Source of the DNA: Octopus sinensis | Taxonomy: Eukaryota | NCBI RefSeq assembly: GCF_006345805.1 | Contig: NC_043006.1 | Location: forward strand, 37,448,001-37,512,000 | Direction of reading: 5' to 3' | DNA: 64,000 nt | In this document: positions 1 to 12,440 of the stretch, in pieces | Layout of the letters: each line of letters begins with the position of its first letter | Position numbering within the stretch: the stretch's first letter is position 1 | Position numbers and translations under genes: made by a program | Notes under the pieces: model-generated | The model's database searches: none | Told to the model about the DNA's origin: nothing | What the model saw: the letters and a program-made list of their open reading frames with translations, nothing else

Positions 1-54
1 GACTGTAAAACTGTGTCACGATCAGCAGAAATCACCTATCAATCTATAAATGCG

Positions 55-128
55 AGTATGTATGTATGTATGTATGTATGTATGTATGTATGTATGTATG
101 TATGTATGTATGTATGTATGTATCTAAG

Positions 129-197
<69 letters not shown>

Positions 198-261
198 GTC
201 TGTCTGTCTGTCTGTTTGTTTGTCTGTCTGTCTGTCTGCCTGTCTTTCTGTCTATTTATCC

Positions 262-325
<64 letters not shown>

Positions 326-765
326 CTCCCTCTCTCTCTCTCTCTCTTTCTCTCACTGTGTGTCCATCCATCTCTATCTCTTTATCTCTCTATTTGTCTA
401 TCTGTATGTTTGTTTCTCTAGCTACAGGATGTGTATTTGTATGTATGTGTGCATGTATGTATGTACGTTTTTGTGTATGTATGTATGTAGGTATGCATGC
501 ATGTACGTATGTCTGCATGTATGTATATCTGCATGTATGTATGTATGTATGTATGTATGTATGTATGTATGTATGTATGAGTGTCTGTATGTGTATGTAT
601 GTATGCACGTATACATGTATGTATGCATGTATGTATATATGCATGTATATATGCATGTATGTATGTATATATGCATGTATGTATGTATGTATGTATGTAT
701 GTATGTATGTATGTATGTATGTATGTATGTATGTATGTATGTATGCATCTGTGTGTGTATGCATG
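55..765. repeat. Compound microsatellite (TATG)n/(TATC)n/(TC)n
   Basis: Directly visible tetranucleotide and dinucleotide arrays; source of the spurious MYVC/IYLS ORFs. Confidence 0.97.
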
Positions 766-859
766 TAATAGTATGGTAATTCAACAGAGCTGCTGTGAAA
801 TTACTGAAAGAAAAGACTACAAAAATTCCGAAACATAAAATACTTAGGTACTCAAAGGC

Positions 860-899
<40 letters not shown>

Positions 900-981
900 T
901 ATATATATGCACACAGAAATATGTATACAAATTATATATATACAGATGTATTTATGTATGTATATATATATATATATATAT

Positions 982-1030
<49 letters not shown>

Positions 1031-1069
1031 CATACATATATATATGTATATATATATTAATATATATAT

Positions 1070-1134
<65 letters not shown>

Positions 1135-1839
1135 TCTTGTATAGTGGTGAGGAGAAAGAATAAGATCGTGTGCGAGTCATTCATCGCAATGTCGAATGAC
1201 AACGTCTACAACGACAATGATGATGATAATGACGACGACGAAGATGACGAGATGATGATGATGATGACGACGACGACGACAAAGACAATGATGATGATGA
1301 TGTTGATGATGATGATGATGAGCACGGTAATTGTGGTGATAATGGCTGGAGGTATTTACGTGACATGTCTGAAAAATTAAGTAGTAATCACAGGGGTCCA
1401 GAAGTAAAAAAAGGAAATGTTTGAGAACCACTGTTTTCGAGGGATGAGTTCAATTGCTCGATCCTGATACTCTACTTTATATAAACCACGTACTTAATGT
1501 TTTTGTATATGTCTAAATCCTGTTGGCTGTGGAAATTAAGGTCAACTTTGAAGAATTCTTAATCCTTGAGATAAAATCCCTTCTCGTATGGAGCCAGTCT
1601 CAGTTACGACTTGGTAACTGTAACACAGCCCTCTGAAGGTGGATGGAATTTTAAAACAGCAAGAATTTATGATTTTTGTATATTTTCTTCGAATGCCTAC
1701 CACTGGCCACACTGTGTTATTTCGCTTCGTTTAACTTGATTTAATTTATACACGCACATACACACACATACGTCCATAGTAAGTGCAAAGGCTTTACAGA
1801 AAAAGATCATCGCATGAATTTTTTTAACAGCACCTGTGG

Positions 1840-1912
1840 GCACACGAGTATGGCTCTTCAGGCCTGTCTCAGTTTTGCAAATTTTGATGTATACGTGACA
1901 AGCAAAAACTTC
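1840..1912 (-). pseudogene. Probable RTE-LINE C-terminal zinc-knuckle remnant
   Basis: Minus strand translates to EVFACHVYIKICKTETGLKSHTRV, resembling the C-x2-C-x-R/K-x-C...GL-x-SH-x-R end of RTE ORF2. Confidence 0.4.
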
Positions 1913-1961
1913 CCTCTACTCGTGACAACTTACGTGTGCATGTAAATATGGATATATATAT

Positions 1962-2235
1962 AGTGATAATTTGCAAGAAAACAAAAGACGAAGATGGGTA
2001 TGTAAACAACAAACAGATGTATTAGTTCAACGTTCGGGAAGTGAGAAAGTCTTTTACGTTTCGAGCCTGCGCTTTTCGACAGAAAGGAATACAGAAATAA
2101 ACATGAAGGTTAAATAGAAAAGGTTTAGTGGCTAGCGATCTATCATGGCGAATGTCGGACAAAGGGGTCACACAGAAGAGCTAGGAAGAAAGGGAGATAA
2201 TAAAGTATTGGTGATCCCAAAACGAAGGTGCGCGT
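1962..2235 (-). mobile_element. PLE-type short repeat, family 1 (hammerhead-like motif at 2051-2086)
   Basis: Homologous to 8815-9007, 21751-21946, 33897-34065 and 37438-37553; carries CTTT-CTGTCGA-A-AAGC-GCAG-GCTC-GAAA-CG-TA-AAAG. Confidence 0.7.
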
Positions 2236-2889
2236 GCGTGTGTATGTGCGTGCGTGTGTATGTGCGTGTAAAGGAGGCTGGTGACCTTGACGTGTGCGTG
2301 TGTGCATGTGTAGGTGTGTGGATGATGGTGTAGGTGCTGGGAAGCGGTCAGTGCTAGTGTGTGCGGGGTGGTGTGATGTAGTGTGGTGTGGTATGGTGGT
2401 GTGTGGTATGGTGGTTTGATGAATTTATATATACATATGTAAGTATATATACACACAAACATATAACAGATATGCATATAAGTGTGTAGATGTGTATGCG
2501 TGTACGAGTGTGTGTACTCGATCTGGGCTAATCTGTGATTAAAAAACAATAATAAAACCGACAAGAACAAAAAAGATAAAGGAATTGGCACCGGTGCAAA
2601 CAAATAAAACATCTGATGGCCTAATTAGAGTCCAGATCGGGTTCATTTAAGTACGGAAGTTGAAGAGAAGTGAGCAGAACCGATTGCCAAAACTTATAGT
2701 AACGAAGTCAAAATGTTATTATTACAATTCCTGTATATTTCCCAGACCTGAGAACGCTGACGCCATAAGCTAAGTCATGTTTGATGTCAGTGTGTGCAGA
2801 AATTTATTGATGGGCAGCTGAAGAAGAAAACTGTTGATGGAATGTTCGCTCTCTGGTTTGGCAGTGTTTTTTGCAAAGTGCAAAAGGCT

Positions 2890-3095
2890 CCAGCTCCACT
2901 TGTTCGTCCGTCGTTGTCGACGATGATCAAGGGCATCGCACGGGAGAAGAAGACGAAACATGGTGTGTCCAGCTGTGGCCAATCAGTCCGATGCGTCGGG
3001 CACTGGTACTCTGCTGGGATTGAAGGCAAGAGGGTGGCTCTGGGCTTGAGTGCTTGGCGTTTTCTTTGTGTCACAACAATCCTGTTTTGTTCGTA
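2890..3095 (-). mobile_element. RTE (BovB-like) LINE 3' end fragment
   Basis: Translates to QRKRQALKPRATLLPSIPAEYQCPT, then after a frameshift RRIGLIGHSWTH (cf. RARIGLISHLRTH), followed by an RTE-like tail ccttgatcatcgtcgacaacgacggacgaaca. Confidence 0.7.
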
Positions 3096-3372
3096 GTAGG
3101 TGGTGGTGGTCGTCGTCATCGTCTTGGTGATAGCAGTGGTGGTGATAGTGGCGATGATAGTAGTAGTGGTGGTGATGATAGTGGTGGTGGTGCTTGTGAT
3201 AGCAGTGGTGCTGATAGGGGTGTTGATAGTGGTGGTGGTGGTGGTGGTGGTGGTGGTAGCAGTGATGGTGGTTATAGTGGTGGCGGCGGCGGTGGCAGTG
3301 GTGGTGTTGGTAGACGTAGTAGAGGTGGTGGCGATGCTAGTGATAGAAGTGGTGGTGATAGTGGTGGTGCGA
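3095..3372. repeat. (GGT/GAT/AGT)n trinucleotide low-complexity tract
   Basis: Visible repeat; gives poly-V and poly-G ORFs. Confidence 0.9.
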
Positions 3373-3594
3373 GATTCTACACGATAACGGAATCAAGGTT
3401 CACACAATCCATTAATCATTAATAGAAGCACCATAGTATGTATATACAGCAAAATTGTAATCGCTTATCTTTTAGTTTCTGGCCATGCTGTGATACCATC
3501 TTGAAGGGTTTAGTCGAACAAATCGACCCCCAGTTCTATTGAGTAGAGAATCTTTGTCGAATTTTGCTAAAAACAAGGCGATACCTGCTCAGAG

Positions 3595-4212
3595 GCCTAC
3601 GCAAAGGTTTCAAAAAGTTTTCATCATTCTCGACACAATGAAGGAGATCTTGTGCAACTGAAACCCGAGTGTCTCTTTGATCAGCCGAAAGCAGTTTTGG
3701 CACGAACTTGGCAGACACGCGTCTCATACCCAAATCTTCGGAGATAATGGACTGAACTGAACCGTAACTAAACTGCACATCCTCTGATAACTCACGGAGG
3801 GGATTTCCCCTTACAGCTGCACACACATCTGCGAGCTTTTTCACGGTTCTGCTGGTTGCAGGTCTCTCAGGTCGACATTTCTTCAGCCATCTTAGAAACG
3901 TCTGAACCACTCGTGCACTCGTGTGCGGCTCATACATCCCTCGCCATACACTTTCTGCAACTTTGCGTAGGACTCTGGGCAAGTATCGCTGTGACAACTT
4001 TCTCTGTCATGGTCAATGCGACGATCACACACTACACACCTTCCTTCCAAGCACCGCTGTAAACAGCAGAAGTGAGCTAGAGTGTTAAAACTTAGTGTAC
4101 ATGAATAGCAGAGTTCACGGTCAAACTATGCCAAGCGGTTTACTCTGCGTTCTTTAGCTTTTAGCTTCTTTACTATGACAACAGTCCGGATAGTTATTAA
4201 TCAGACTTCGTG
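3595..4212 (-). mobile_element. Mariner transposon 5' half (TIR plus HTH region), truncated
   Basis: ORF 3536-3997 has ELSEDVQFSYGSVQSIISEDLGMRRVSAKFVPKLL (WVPHEL-equivalent motif); TIR-like CACGAAGTCTGATTAATAACTATCCGGACTG begins at 4212 next to (TA)n. Confidence 0.9.
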
Positions 4213-4401
4213 TATATATATATATATATATATATATATGTAGATGCATACATGTATACATACATAAATACACACACACACACATATATATTATCCGAAA
4301 TGTATAGTATTAAATATCCATCATAGATGATATTACCAATCGGTTTCACATAAGAATACAATGGAGTGCTAGGTAACAATCCGATTATACCACGCTACGT
4401 A

Positions 4402-4470
<69 letters not shown>

Positions 4471-4637
4471 AGGGGCTTCTCAGTTTCCATCTACCAAATC
4501 CACTCAGAAGGCTTTAGTCGGCACGAGGCTAGAGTAGGAGACACTTGCCCAAGGTACCACGCATTGGAACTGAACACGGAACCAATTGGCTGCGCTTATA
4601 TGTACGCATGTGTGCATACACACACGTATATACATAC

Positions 4638-4717
<80 letters not shown>

Positions 4718-4744
4718 CTTATATGTATATACATATGTACATGT

Positions 4745-4779
<35 letters not shown>

Positions 4780-5215
4780 CATATGTGTGTTTGTGTGTAT
4801 GGATGTATGCACGTGTACATACACATATACATACGTTCGTCTGGATATTAAATATTTACGTATCCGACGCTCCCCTGCGATAAAGTCAACAGCCTGACCT
4901 TCCCTAATCAGATATATTAAATAACAAGTGATCATCTCTCTTAACTAAATATTACCAGGCCTTTTCCCCTCCTGGGGCACTAACTGACTAACTGAAATGT
5001 CAATGACACCCACACAAATCCACAAATGTTTGGGTCTATTTTATCCTGTTTTTTTTTTTTATGCCTTTTGTGTTTACATAAGAATGTGTGTGCATATAGC
5101 TGTATTATTGTGTATGTATTGTGAGATACACACTGTCTGAAATGCGCTGGCAAATGTGCGTGCGCGTGTGTGTGCATGTATATATGAACATATGTATAAG
5201 TGCGCTTGTGTGTGT

Positions 5216-5255
<40 letters not shown>

Positions 5256-5261
5256 CATACA

Positions 5262-5321
<60 letters not shown>

Positions 5322-6058
5322 ATATATGTATGTATATATATATGTATGTATGTATGTACGTATATACCGTGGATGACGTCAGGTAGCCATAGGCAGTGAA
5401 CGTGTTTCGTTGACTAACTACTGTGCACATAGTTAATACTTAAATAATTATACACACACACACATATATATATGAGGAAGTAGTGTCCGATATATTTTTA
5501 CAAGGCCTCCAAAATTGAAGGACAACGAGGTGAACTGACAGAATTTTTAGCACCTCGGACAAAATACTTCACTGCATTTTATTCGGCTCTTAATGTTCTG
5601 AGTTTAAATCCAGTCGAGAACAGCCTTTGGCTTTCATCTTTTATGGTTCGATAAAATAAAGTACTAGTCAAGTACTGTGGTTGACGTAATCGACTTGCCC
5701 TTTCCACTCTAAAGTACTGTCCTTGAACTCTGCAACGGACCAGCGTCCCATTTAGGGGGAGTGTTATGATCTCGGTCATTTATACGCGATGGAAACCGGG
5801 GAACTGGTCTTACGAGTTTTAGGGCCCGAGAAAAAAAAAAAGAAGAAAGAAATTAGGGCAGCAGAAACGGAGAGAAGGCCTAGTTTGTGATTTATTACTG
5901 TAGGAAGTATTACATAAGAATATCTCAGGGATGGATTAAGCTAAATAAAAGAAAGTGGAAAATTTGTGTGCGTGCGTATAGTAGTGAGTGTGTGTAGAGT
6001 AGTGCATAAGTGTTTGAAGGCGTGAGACTGTCTCCGTGTATATGTGTGTACTTGTGCG

Positions 6059-6106
<48 letters not shown>

Positions 6107-6829
6107 CGTGCATGTTTGTACGTTAAGTTCAGAAGCGTACAAGTGTGTGCCAATACGTTCTTTGCCTGCGGATTCAGTTGAAATAACTTCCTCCTACGTG
6201 CTGTTTCCGTGGACGGCCATATTTAAACGTAATTCAACACATGTTTTAACTCGTTTATACTTCCTCTGCTTTTCACACTTCAGTAGGCGACCATTTGCAT
6301 CACTAGGTCATGGCGTCAGTTCTTTCTACACATCAACACTTTTTTTTTTTCTCTTTAAACTAAAAAGAAAATCGTGTATCTTGCTGTTGTTGCACTTGTC
6401 GTATATTCCAAGGCATTTGATCACCTGCTACAGTCGTTATTGTCAGAAGTACAAGCTATGGCGAAAAGGCAACATTTAAGTCACTTTTATATCGTCATTC
6501 CAGGCGCTGACTCTCATCCACAATCAAATTTACTCGTTGTTTGCAAAAGGTTTACATGGCAAGGAGTGGTGTGAAATATATCTCTGAAAATTAAATATTA
6601 ATCCCATAATATACTACAGCTTGGCAGTCTGTCGTCGAGAAATCATGGGTGGTTTAGATATAGCTCCTGGTGGGGTATAGCCGCTGTGTCTGCCCATCAT
6701 CCATTTTAGAACAGAAAAAAATGAACAAACTTAAATTCTTTTGCACCACACCAAGAGAGTAAATGATAGAGCTGAAGCTTTAAGCTTATTGCTTGACATA
6801 GTTACTCTACTTGGTACTCTTGGTACTCT

Positions 6830-7000
6830 TGTTTAGAGAGACTATCCGCGAAGGCATTCCAGTAATAGTCATCCAATCTTTATTAGACAATGCAATTATA
6901 ACTCTCGTTCAGATTTTTTTCCTTAAGATAATACCGTATGGTTTCGGGGAGATTTGGCTACTATTTCTAGCAGGCTGGGTGCTCACAGAGGCTCCATCGA
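6830..7000 (+). mobile_element. Recurrent interspersed repeat (family E); other copies near 17300-17530 (-), 52225-52432, 56045-56200
   Basis: Shared motifs ...aggcattccag... and GGAGATTTGGCTRCTATTTCTAGCAG at several loci. Confidence 0.6.
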
Positions 7001-7369
7001 ATGCTGTTGTTCCAAGAGATTTAGTTGTGTTTTAGCTCCAGGTCAACCGCAGCTGTAGACAAGGAAGTGTAAAGTATGGCTTGATCTGAAAAGAATATGG
7101 CTCTCTAGCATAATATAAATATGTACGTAAAAACATTGTGGTTATGAAACCATTGGTCAGCGCCACTCTCCTCACATTAGTGAGCTCCTACCCATTATTC
7201 AGATCGACCAGAGATACAATCTAAGGTATTCCAGTCGTGGCTATCCCAAGTGAATGTAGGATTACATACTTTTAGGATAGTCATGCATAATCTAATTACA
7301 TATTCTTGTGTGTTATTTGCCTATTTAAGTTGATCGGCTCTGATTTGACGGAAATTTAACTGCTATTAA

Positions 7370-7670
7370 CTTTGCCTTTCATCCTTTCGGGGTCAATAAA
7401 TTAAGTACAGTTACGCACTGGGGTCGATGTAATCGATTTAATCCATTTGTCTGTCCTTGTTTGTCCCCTCTGTGTTTAGCCCCTTGTGGGTAGTAAAGAA
7501 ATAGGTATTTCGTCTGTCTTTATGTCCTGAGTTCAAATTCCGTCGAAGTCGACTTTGCTTTTCATTCTTTCGGGGTCGATAAAATAAGCACCAATTGAGC
7601 GCTGGGATCTATGTTATCGACTAGTCCTCTCCATTAAATTGCCGGCTTAGTGCCAAAATTTGAAACCAGT
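7370..7670 (+). mobile_element. tRNA-derived SINE family A, headless dimer
   Basis: Core CTTTCATCCTTTCGGGGTCGATAAATTAAGTACCAG occurs twice; this core resembles the MetaSINE-type central domain (from memory). Confidence 0.85.
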
Positions 7671-8318
7671 ATTTACGGTGGCGATCGCAGCAATGATAGT
7701 AGTAGAGGTTGAGTGCTGAAATGTAGATGTATAAAGTGGTTGTGGTGGAGGGGGGGGGCAAGAAATTGAAATAGGAGGAGGGATAGATGCAATTCATATT
7801 TGGGCTGAAGAAAACGAGACTTAGAAAATTCCAAGAATCCTGTTATCATTCCAGAAACATCGTAACGAGGAAACACAGAACAAGATCGGGAGAGACTTTA
7901 ATCACAAGGTCACAATAAGTGCAAGACCAAGGAGTAAATAGGAGTAATAATACATCGTTTCATTTACATATTACTGAAAGGCGACATTGTACAGACGACC
8001 GGATAAACGGATTGTGAGGACATTTAGAGCCGGAGAACAAGGAACAGTGTTGGTTTCTGTGGAGTATATTTACTAATTAGTTGTATGAGTAATTGTTGTT
8101 ATCTATAGTTGCCTCATAATGTTAAACTAACAGCACAACTCCAAACAACCCAACGTTATTAGAACATTATTGCAATGCAACAGATGAACTATTAAGAGAG
8201 GCTGACAGAAGTAAGGGTTTATTTCCTGGAGCGAAGAGACGGGAAAGATGAAAGATATCATATATATATATTATATATATATATATCATATATATATATA
8301 TATATATTTATATATTAT

Positions 8319-8349
<31 letters not shown>

Positions 8350-8364
8350 ATATATATTATATTC

Positions 8365-8806
8365 GACGGGCTTCTTTCAGTTTCCGTCAACCAAATCCAC
8401 AAGGCTTGGGTCGACAAGAGGCTATAGTAGAAGGCACTTACCCAAGGTGCCACGCAGTGGGACTGAACCGGGAACCGTGGTTGGGAAGCAAGCTTCTTAT
8501 TTCTTTATTGCCCACAAAGGGCTAAACATAGAGGGGACAAACAAGGACAAAGGGATTAAGTCGATTAGATCGACCCCAGTGAGAAACTGCTACTTACTTT
8601 ATCGACCCCGAAAGAATGAAAGGCAAAGTTGACCTCGGCGGAATTTGAACTCAGAACGTAACGGCAGACGAAATACGGTTAAGCATTTCGCCCGGCGTTC
8701 TAACGTTTCTGCCAGCCCGCCGCCTTGAATGAATGAATGTGTGGTAAGCAAACTTCTTACCACACAGCCGCTCCTGCGCCTATCCACACAGCCGCTCCAG
8801 CGCCTA
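8365..8806 (-). mobile_element. CORE-type SINE family B with a nested family A SINE (about 8486-8725)
   Basis: Family B head/core (cacttacccaaggtgccacgcagtgggactgaacc) is interrupted by a family A copy and resumes near 8735. Confidence 0.8.
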
Positions 8807-8814
8807 TATATATA

Positions 8815-9007
8815 GTTGAAATTTATAGAAAAACAAAAGAGGAAGACAGGTGTATGAACAAAAAACAAGTGTATTAGTTTGACGCTCGAGAAAAGTGTAA
8901 AAGTCTTTTACGTTTCGAACCTACGCTCTTCAACAGAAAGGGATGAGAGAAAATAAACAGAGAGAGAATGCAAAAACTTGTAGATTTCAGCGGTCCAACA
9001 TGGCGAA
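8815..9007 (-). mobile_element. PLE-type short repeat, family 1 (best-preserved hammerhead-like motif, 8905-8940)
   Basis: CTTT-CTGTTGA-A-GAGC-GTAG-GTTC-GAAA-CG-TA-AAAG; stems I, II and the palindromic stem III are all present. Confidence 0.75.
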
Positions 9008-9099
9008 TATGTATGTGTGTGTGTGTGTGTGTGTGTGTGATATTATAAAATAATACCCTTACTTCTTTTATCACTACTAACAGCACAGAAAAAGCTACG

Positions 9100-9530
9100 G
9101 GCATAACTGTGTGGTAAGAAGTTTACTTTCCGACCGTGCCCACTCACACTGCATGGCACCTTGCTCAAGTGTCTTCTCCTATCGCCTCGGACCGACCAAA
9201 GACTTGTGAATGGATTTACTAGACGGAAACGAAAAGAAGCCCGTCGTACATATATGCGTGGTTGTGTGTGTGTGTGTGTATGCGTGTGTGTGCACGCGCG
9301 CGCGCATGTGTGTGAAAGTGTGTGTCTTTGTGTCTATCCTTGTCCTCCTCTCACCGCTTGATGACTGGTGTTAGTGTAGTTTATGCCCTGTAACTTAGCG
9401 GTTCGGAAAAAGAAGTGTTACAACCATCGCCGGCTCAAAAAAATAAATAAGTGATGTTATCAATTCATTTGGCTAAATAGTTTTGAAGACCATGCCCCAG
9501 CATGGTCGCAGTCTAAAGAATGAATAAAAA
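9100..9530 (+). mobile_element. CORE-type SINE family B, near full length
   Basis: tRNA-like head, GCACCTTG..CAAGTGTCTTCT core, internal (GT)n, tail CCAGCATGGTCGCAG. Confidence 0.85.
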
Positions 9531-9671
9531 TGGAAGAGAAAAAGATACTATGATTACGACAAAGACTTCTGTATTACGGCTTGACTCGCTAGAGATAGTA
9601 GTAAATTTTCCTGAAATAACTTCTAAATTGCTTAAAAAAAGAGAAAACAATTTTTGAAATAGATGACCCGG

Positions 9672-10232
9672 CCGAGAAAATTTTTTTTCCCACAAGAGTT
9701 CTGGACCCCAGTTATGAACTCATTTGCATACAGCCAATCAGAGCTCAACTATCAAACTAATTTATGAGTGCTTAACAAGTGATGGGTGATAAAATAAGGT
9801 CACTTGGGTAAGGAATGACCATGCTTCCTTTCTCTTTTAAGAATGCTTGCTGTTCTTGTTCTTGTTTCAACCATGGCTGCCTATGTGTAGTTATTTGTGT
9901 TGTTGTTGTTGTTTACTTTGTAAAACAGTAAGGGGAGAGGGTCGCCAGGACATCACCCTCTACCCACATGTTTCCCATCCACATCTTTACCATATGGGGC
10001 CCTAACAAAATCCGATAATAGGTATAGAAGTAAATCTAATTACTTGTCTCCTTCCAAAATCAGGCATATCTTGGCGATCGGTCGACTTACAACACCGTTC
10101 TTCGTTTTGAGTTTATTTAGTGGAATGTCTTTGTTAACTTGACAACAAGGCCAAGGTAAGTTCTGATTGGCTGTCTGCAAAAATGTTCATTACTGGGGTC
10201 TGGAACTCTCATGGGAAAAAAATTTCGCGAGC
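9672..10232. mobile_element. MITE-like element with about 70-bp imperfect terminal inverted repeats
   Basis: 9672-9743 is the reverse complement of 10161-10232 at roughly 80 percent identity by eye. Confidence 0.65.
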
Positions 10233-10889
10233 CCGCCATGGTTGTAACGCCTTTTATCTAAGGTAATTCATACGAAAGATAAAAGGTATGAGTTACCTTT
10301 TATCTAAGGTAATTCATATGATCACTCGACGAACCAGTGAAAGAGATCTACACGTTGCTCAACACGCGTGAAATAACAACCAAAGGCCTCTGAAACATGT
10401 ACTATCGGCTTTAGTAAAAAGAGACGTCAGATCAGTGGTTCTCAAGCGGAGTCTTATTTGATGTTCAAATTTATTGGCAATGAATTAGTTATACTACAAC
10501 AGTACACAAGATATTGTAATATATATATATTATATAGAGGGCATTGTTACACATAAATGCCTCACACTAGAGGGACATAAGTCATTACTACCAAAATTTC
10601 ACTAATCATACCCAATGCAGTTTTTTAAAGCAAGACATTTAAAAAATGAATTTAGTCCTATATCACCTGTGATTTCGCACTTACCGCATAAAATGCGTCT
10701 ATGCTCATCGGTAGAACTGATTCTGAACACATCATAAATAAACGACCAACACTACCTGGCGAAGTCGAACAGGCAACTGCTCTCTCCGGTGAAGCACATG
10801 GAGATGTTTATAAATCATATATTCGGTAAATGGCGGGCTTTTTCGAACTGCATTTCGGATAGGAAAAGTTTTTTCGGAATATATATATA

Positions 10890-11163
10890 TATGGCCCAGT
10901 GGTTAGGGCAGCGGACTCGCGGTCATAGGATCGCGGTTTCTATTCCCAGACCGGGCGTTGTGAGTGTTTATTGAGCGAAAACACCTAAAGCTTCACAAGG
11001 CTCCATCAGGGGGTGGGAGTGGCAATCCCTGCTGTACTCTTTCGCCACACCTTTCTCTCACTCTTTCTTCTGTTGGCCTTCTCGCTTAGCCAGCGGGGTG
11101 GCGTCATTTGAAGGCTAAACCAATGCAAAGAGCATTGTGACCAGCGATGTGTAGCAACATCTG
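10890..11163 (+). mobile_element. tRNA-derived SINE family C; other copies 14155-14290 (-), 46195-46490 (-), 58295-58593 (-)
   Basis: Head ATGGCCCAGTGGTTAGGGCAGCGGACTCGCGG...GGTTTCGATTCCCAGACC with A and B boxes; identical body in the other copies. Confidence 0.9.
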
Positions 11164-11421
11164 ATATATATATATTAATTTATTTATATATAATTTAGCG
11201 TTTGCTAAATTTTTCTTGAGAACATTCCTTTCCTAGTGGTAAGACCATAGCGGATCTTCTAGCATAATGGATATTTACTTACAAGTCATCCCTTTTATAT
11301 GTATGTAATACAATTTTTTATGAAACATCAGATTTTTCGATATGGTAGATCACTGGTTTTAAATTGATATTAATGAAATTAATATTCAATTTTTCACCCT
11401 TATTAAATTATAATATATATT

Positions 11422-11469
<48 letters not shown>

Positions 11470-11472
<3 letters not shown>

Positions 11473-11637
11473 GAGGCGAAGAGGTAGCTGTGTGGTAAAA
11501 AACTTGCTTCTTAACCATATGGTTCTGGGTTCAGTGCCACTGCGCGGCACCTTGAGCAACTGCCTTCTACTATAGCCTCGGGCCGACCAAAGCCTTGTGA
11601 GTGGAATTGGTAGATGGAAACTGAAAGAAGCCCGTCG

Positions 11638-11678
<41 letters not shown>

Positions 11679-11913
11679 GTGTGTATGTATGTATATATTT
11701 ATGCGTGTGTGTGTCTGTTTGTCCCACCCACCCGCCATGGCCTGAAAACCGATGCTGGTGTGTAACTTAGCGGTTCGCTAAAAGAGACTGATAGAATAAG
11801 TACTAGGCTTACAAAGAATATGTTGTTGGAGCGATTTCTTCGACTAAAATCCTTAATGCGGTGCTCCAGTATGGCCGCAGTCAAATGACTGCAACAAGTA
11901 ACAAAATAAAAGA

Positions 11914-11915
<2 letters not shown>
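11470..11915 (+). mobile_element. CORE-type SINE family B, full length; others 47598-47990 (-), 57870-58260, 61385-61790
   Basis: A/B-box head, CORE-like block, internal (TA)/(TATG)n, tail GCGGTGCTCCAGYATGGCCGCAGTCAAATGACTG. Confidence 0.9.
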
Positions 11916-11960
<45 letters not shown>

Positions 11961-12134
11961 TGTGTGTGAGTGTGTGTGCGCGTGTGTGCTGTGAATGGCT
12001 ATGGAAGTACAGTAAAGTACAATAAGCAAGGAAGAAAAGCCAAGTTCACCTCGCTGGAATTTGAGCTCTGAATATAAAACTGAGAAAAATGTCGCCTGAA
12101 TCTAAATATAAATTATATATTACAGTTGAAAGAG

Positions 12135-12440
12135 CAGCAAGCTAGCAGAATCGTTACCATTCCAGAAAAATTTAGATCTGACACAAGGCCAGCGATTTCG
12201 AGGAAGTGAGTATTACACCGCCCTCAGTAAAGTGAACATTGATTTCTTCCGTCTTTGCGGTCCAACTCAAATGTGCTGAGGTCGAATCTACCATTCATCG
12301 TTTCGGCGTCGATAAAATAAGCACCAGCTGAACACTGAGATCGGTGTAATCGACCTCACTGTTCAGATCAATGTTCACCTTACTGAGGGCGGTGTAATAC
12401 CCACTTCCTCGAAATCGCTGGCCTTGTATCAGATCTAAAA
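12135..12440 (+). mobile_element. Family A SINE rearranged by a 73-bp inverted duplication
   Basis: 12171-12243 is the reverse complement of 12367-12439 with 3 mismatches. Confidence 0.8.

Noticed and set aside
13-1180. Long ORFs of MYVC, IYLS, YIYI and HTHT repeats here and throughout the window
   Set aside because: Translations of TATG, TATC, TA and CA microsatellites, which lack stop codons by composition.
1181-1366. Minus-strand [22 protein letters not shown]... behind a TTTTTCAG acceptor
   Set aside because: Mostly a (TCA/TCG)n trinucleotide tract, with no recognisable domain or donor.
6374-6480. YSKAFD resembling the LINE RT motif DFSKAFD
   Set aside because: Only six residues, with no flanking RT motifs recognisable.
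10890-10965. tRNA-like sequences here and at other SINE heads
   Set aside because: They continue into SINE bodies and lack a complete cloverleaf and acceptor stem, so they are not called as tRNA genes.
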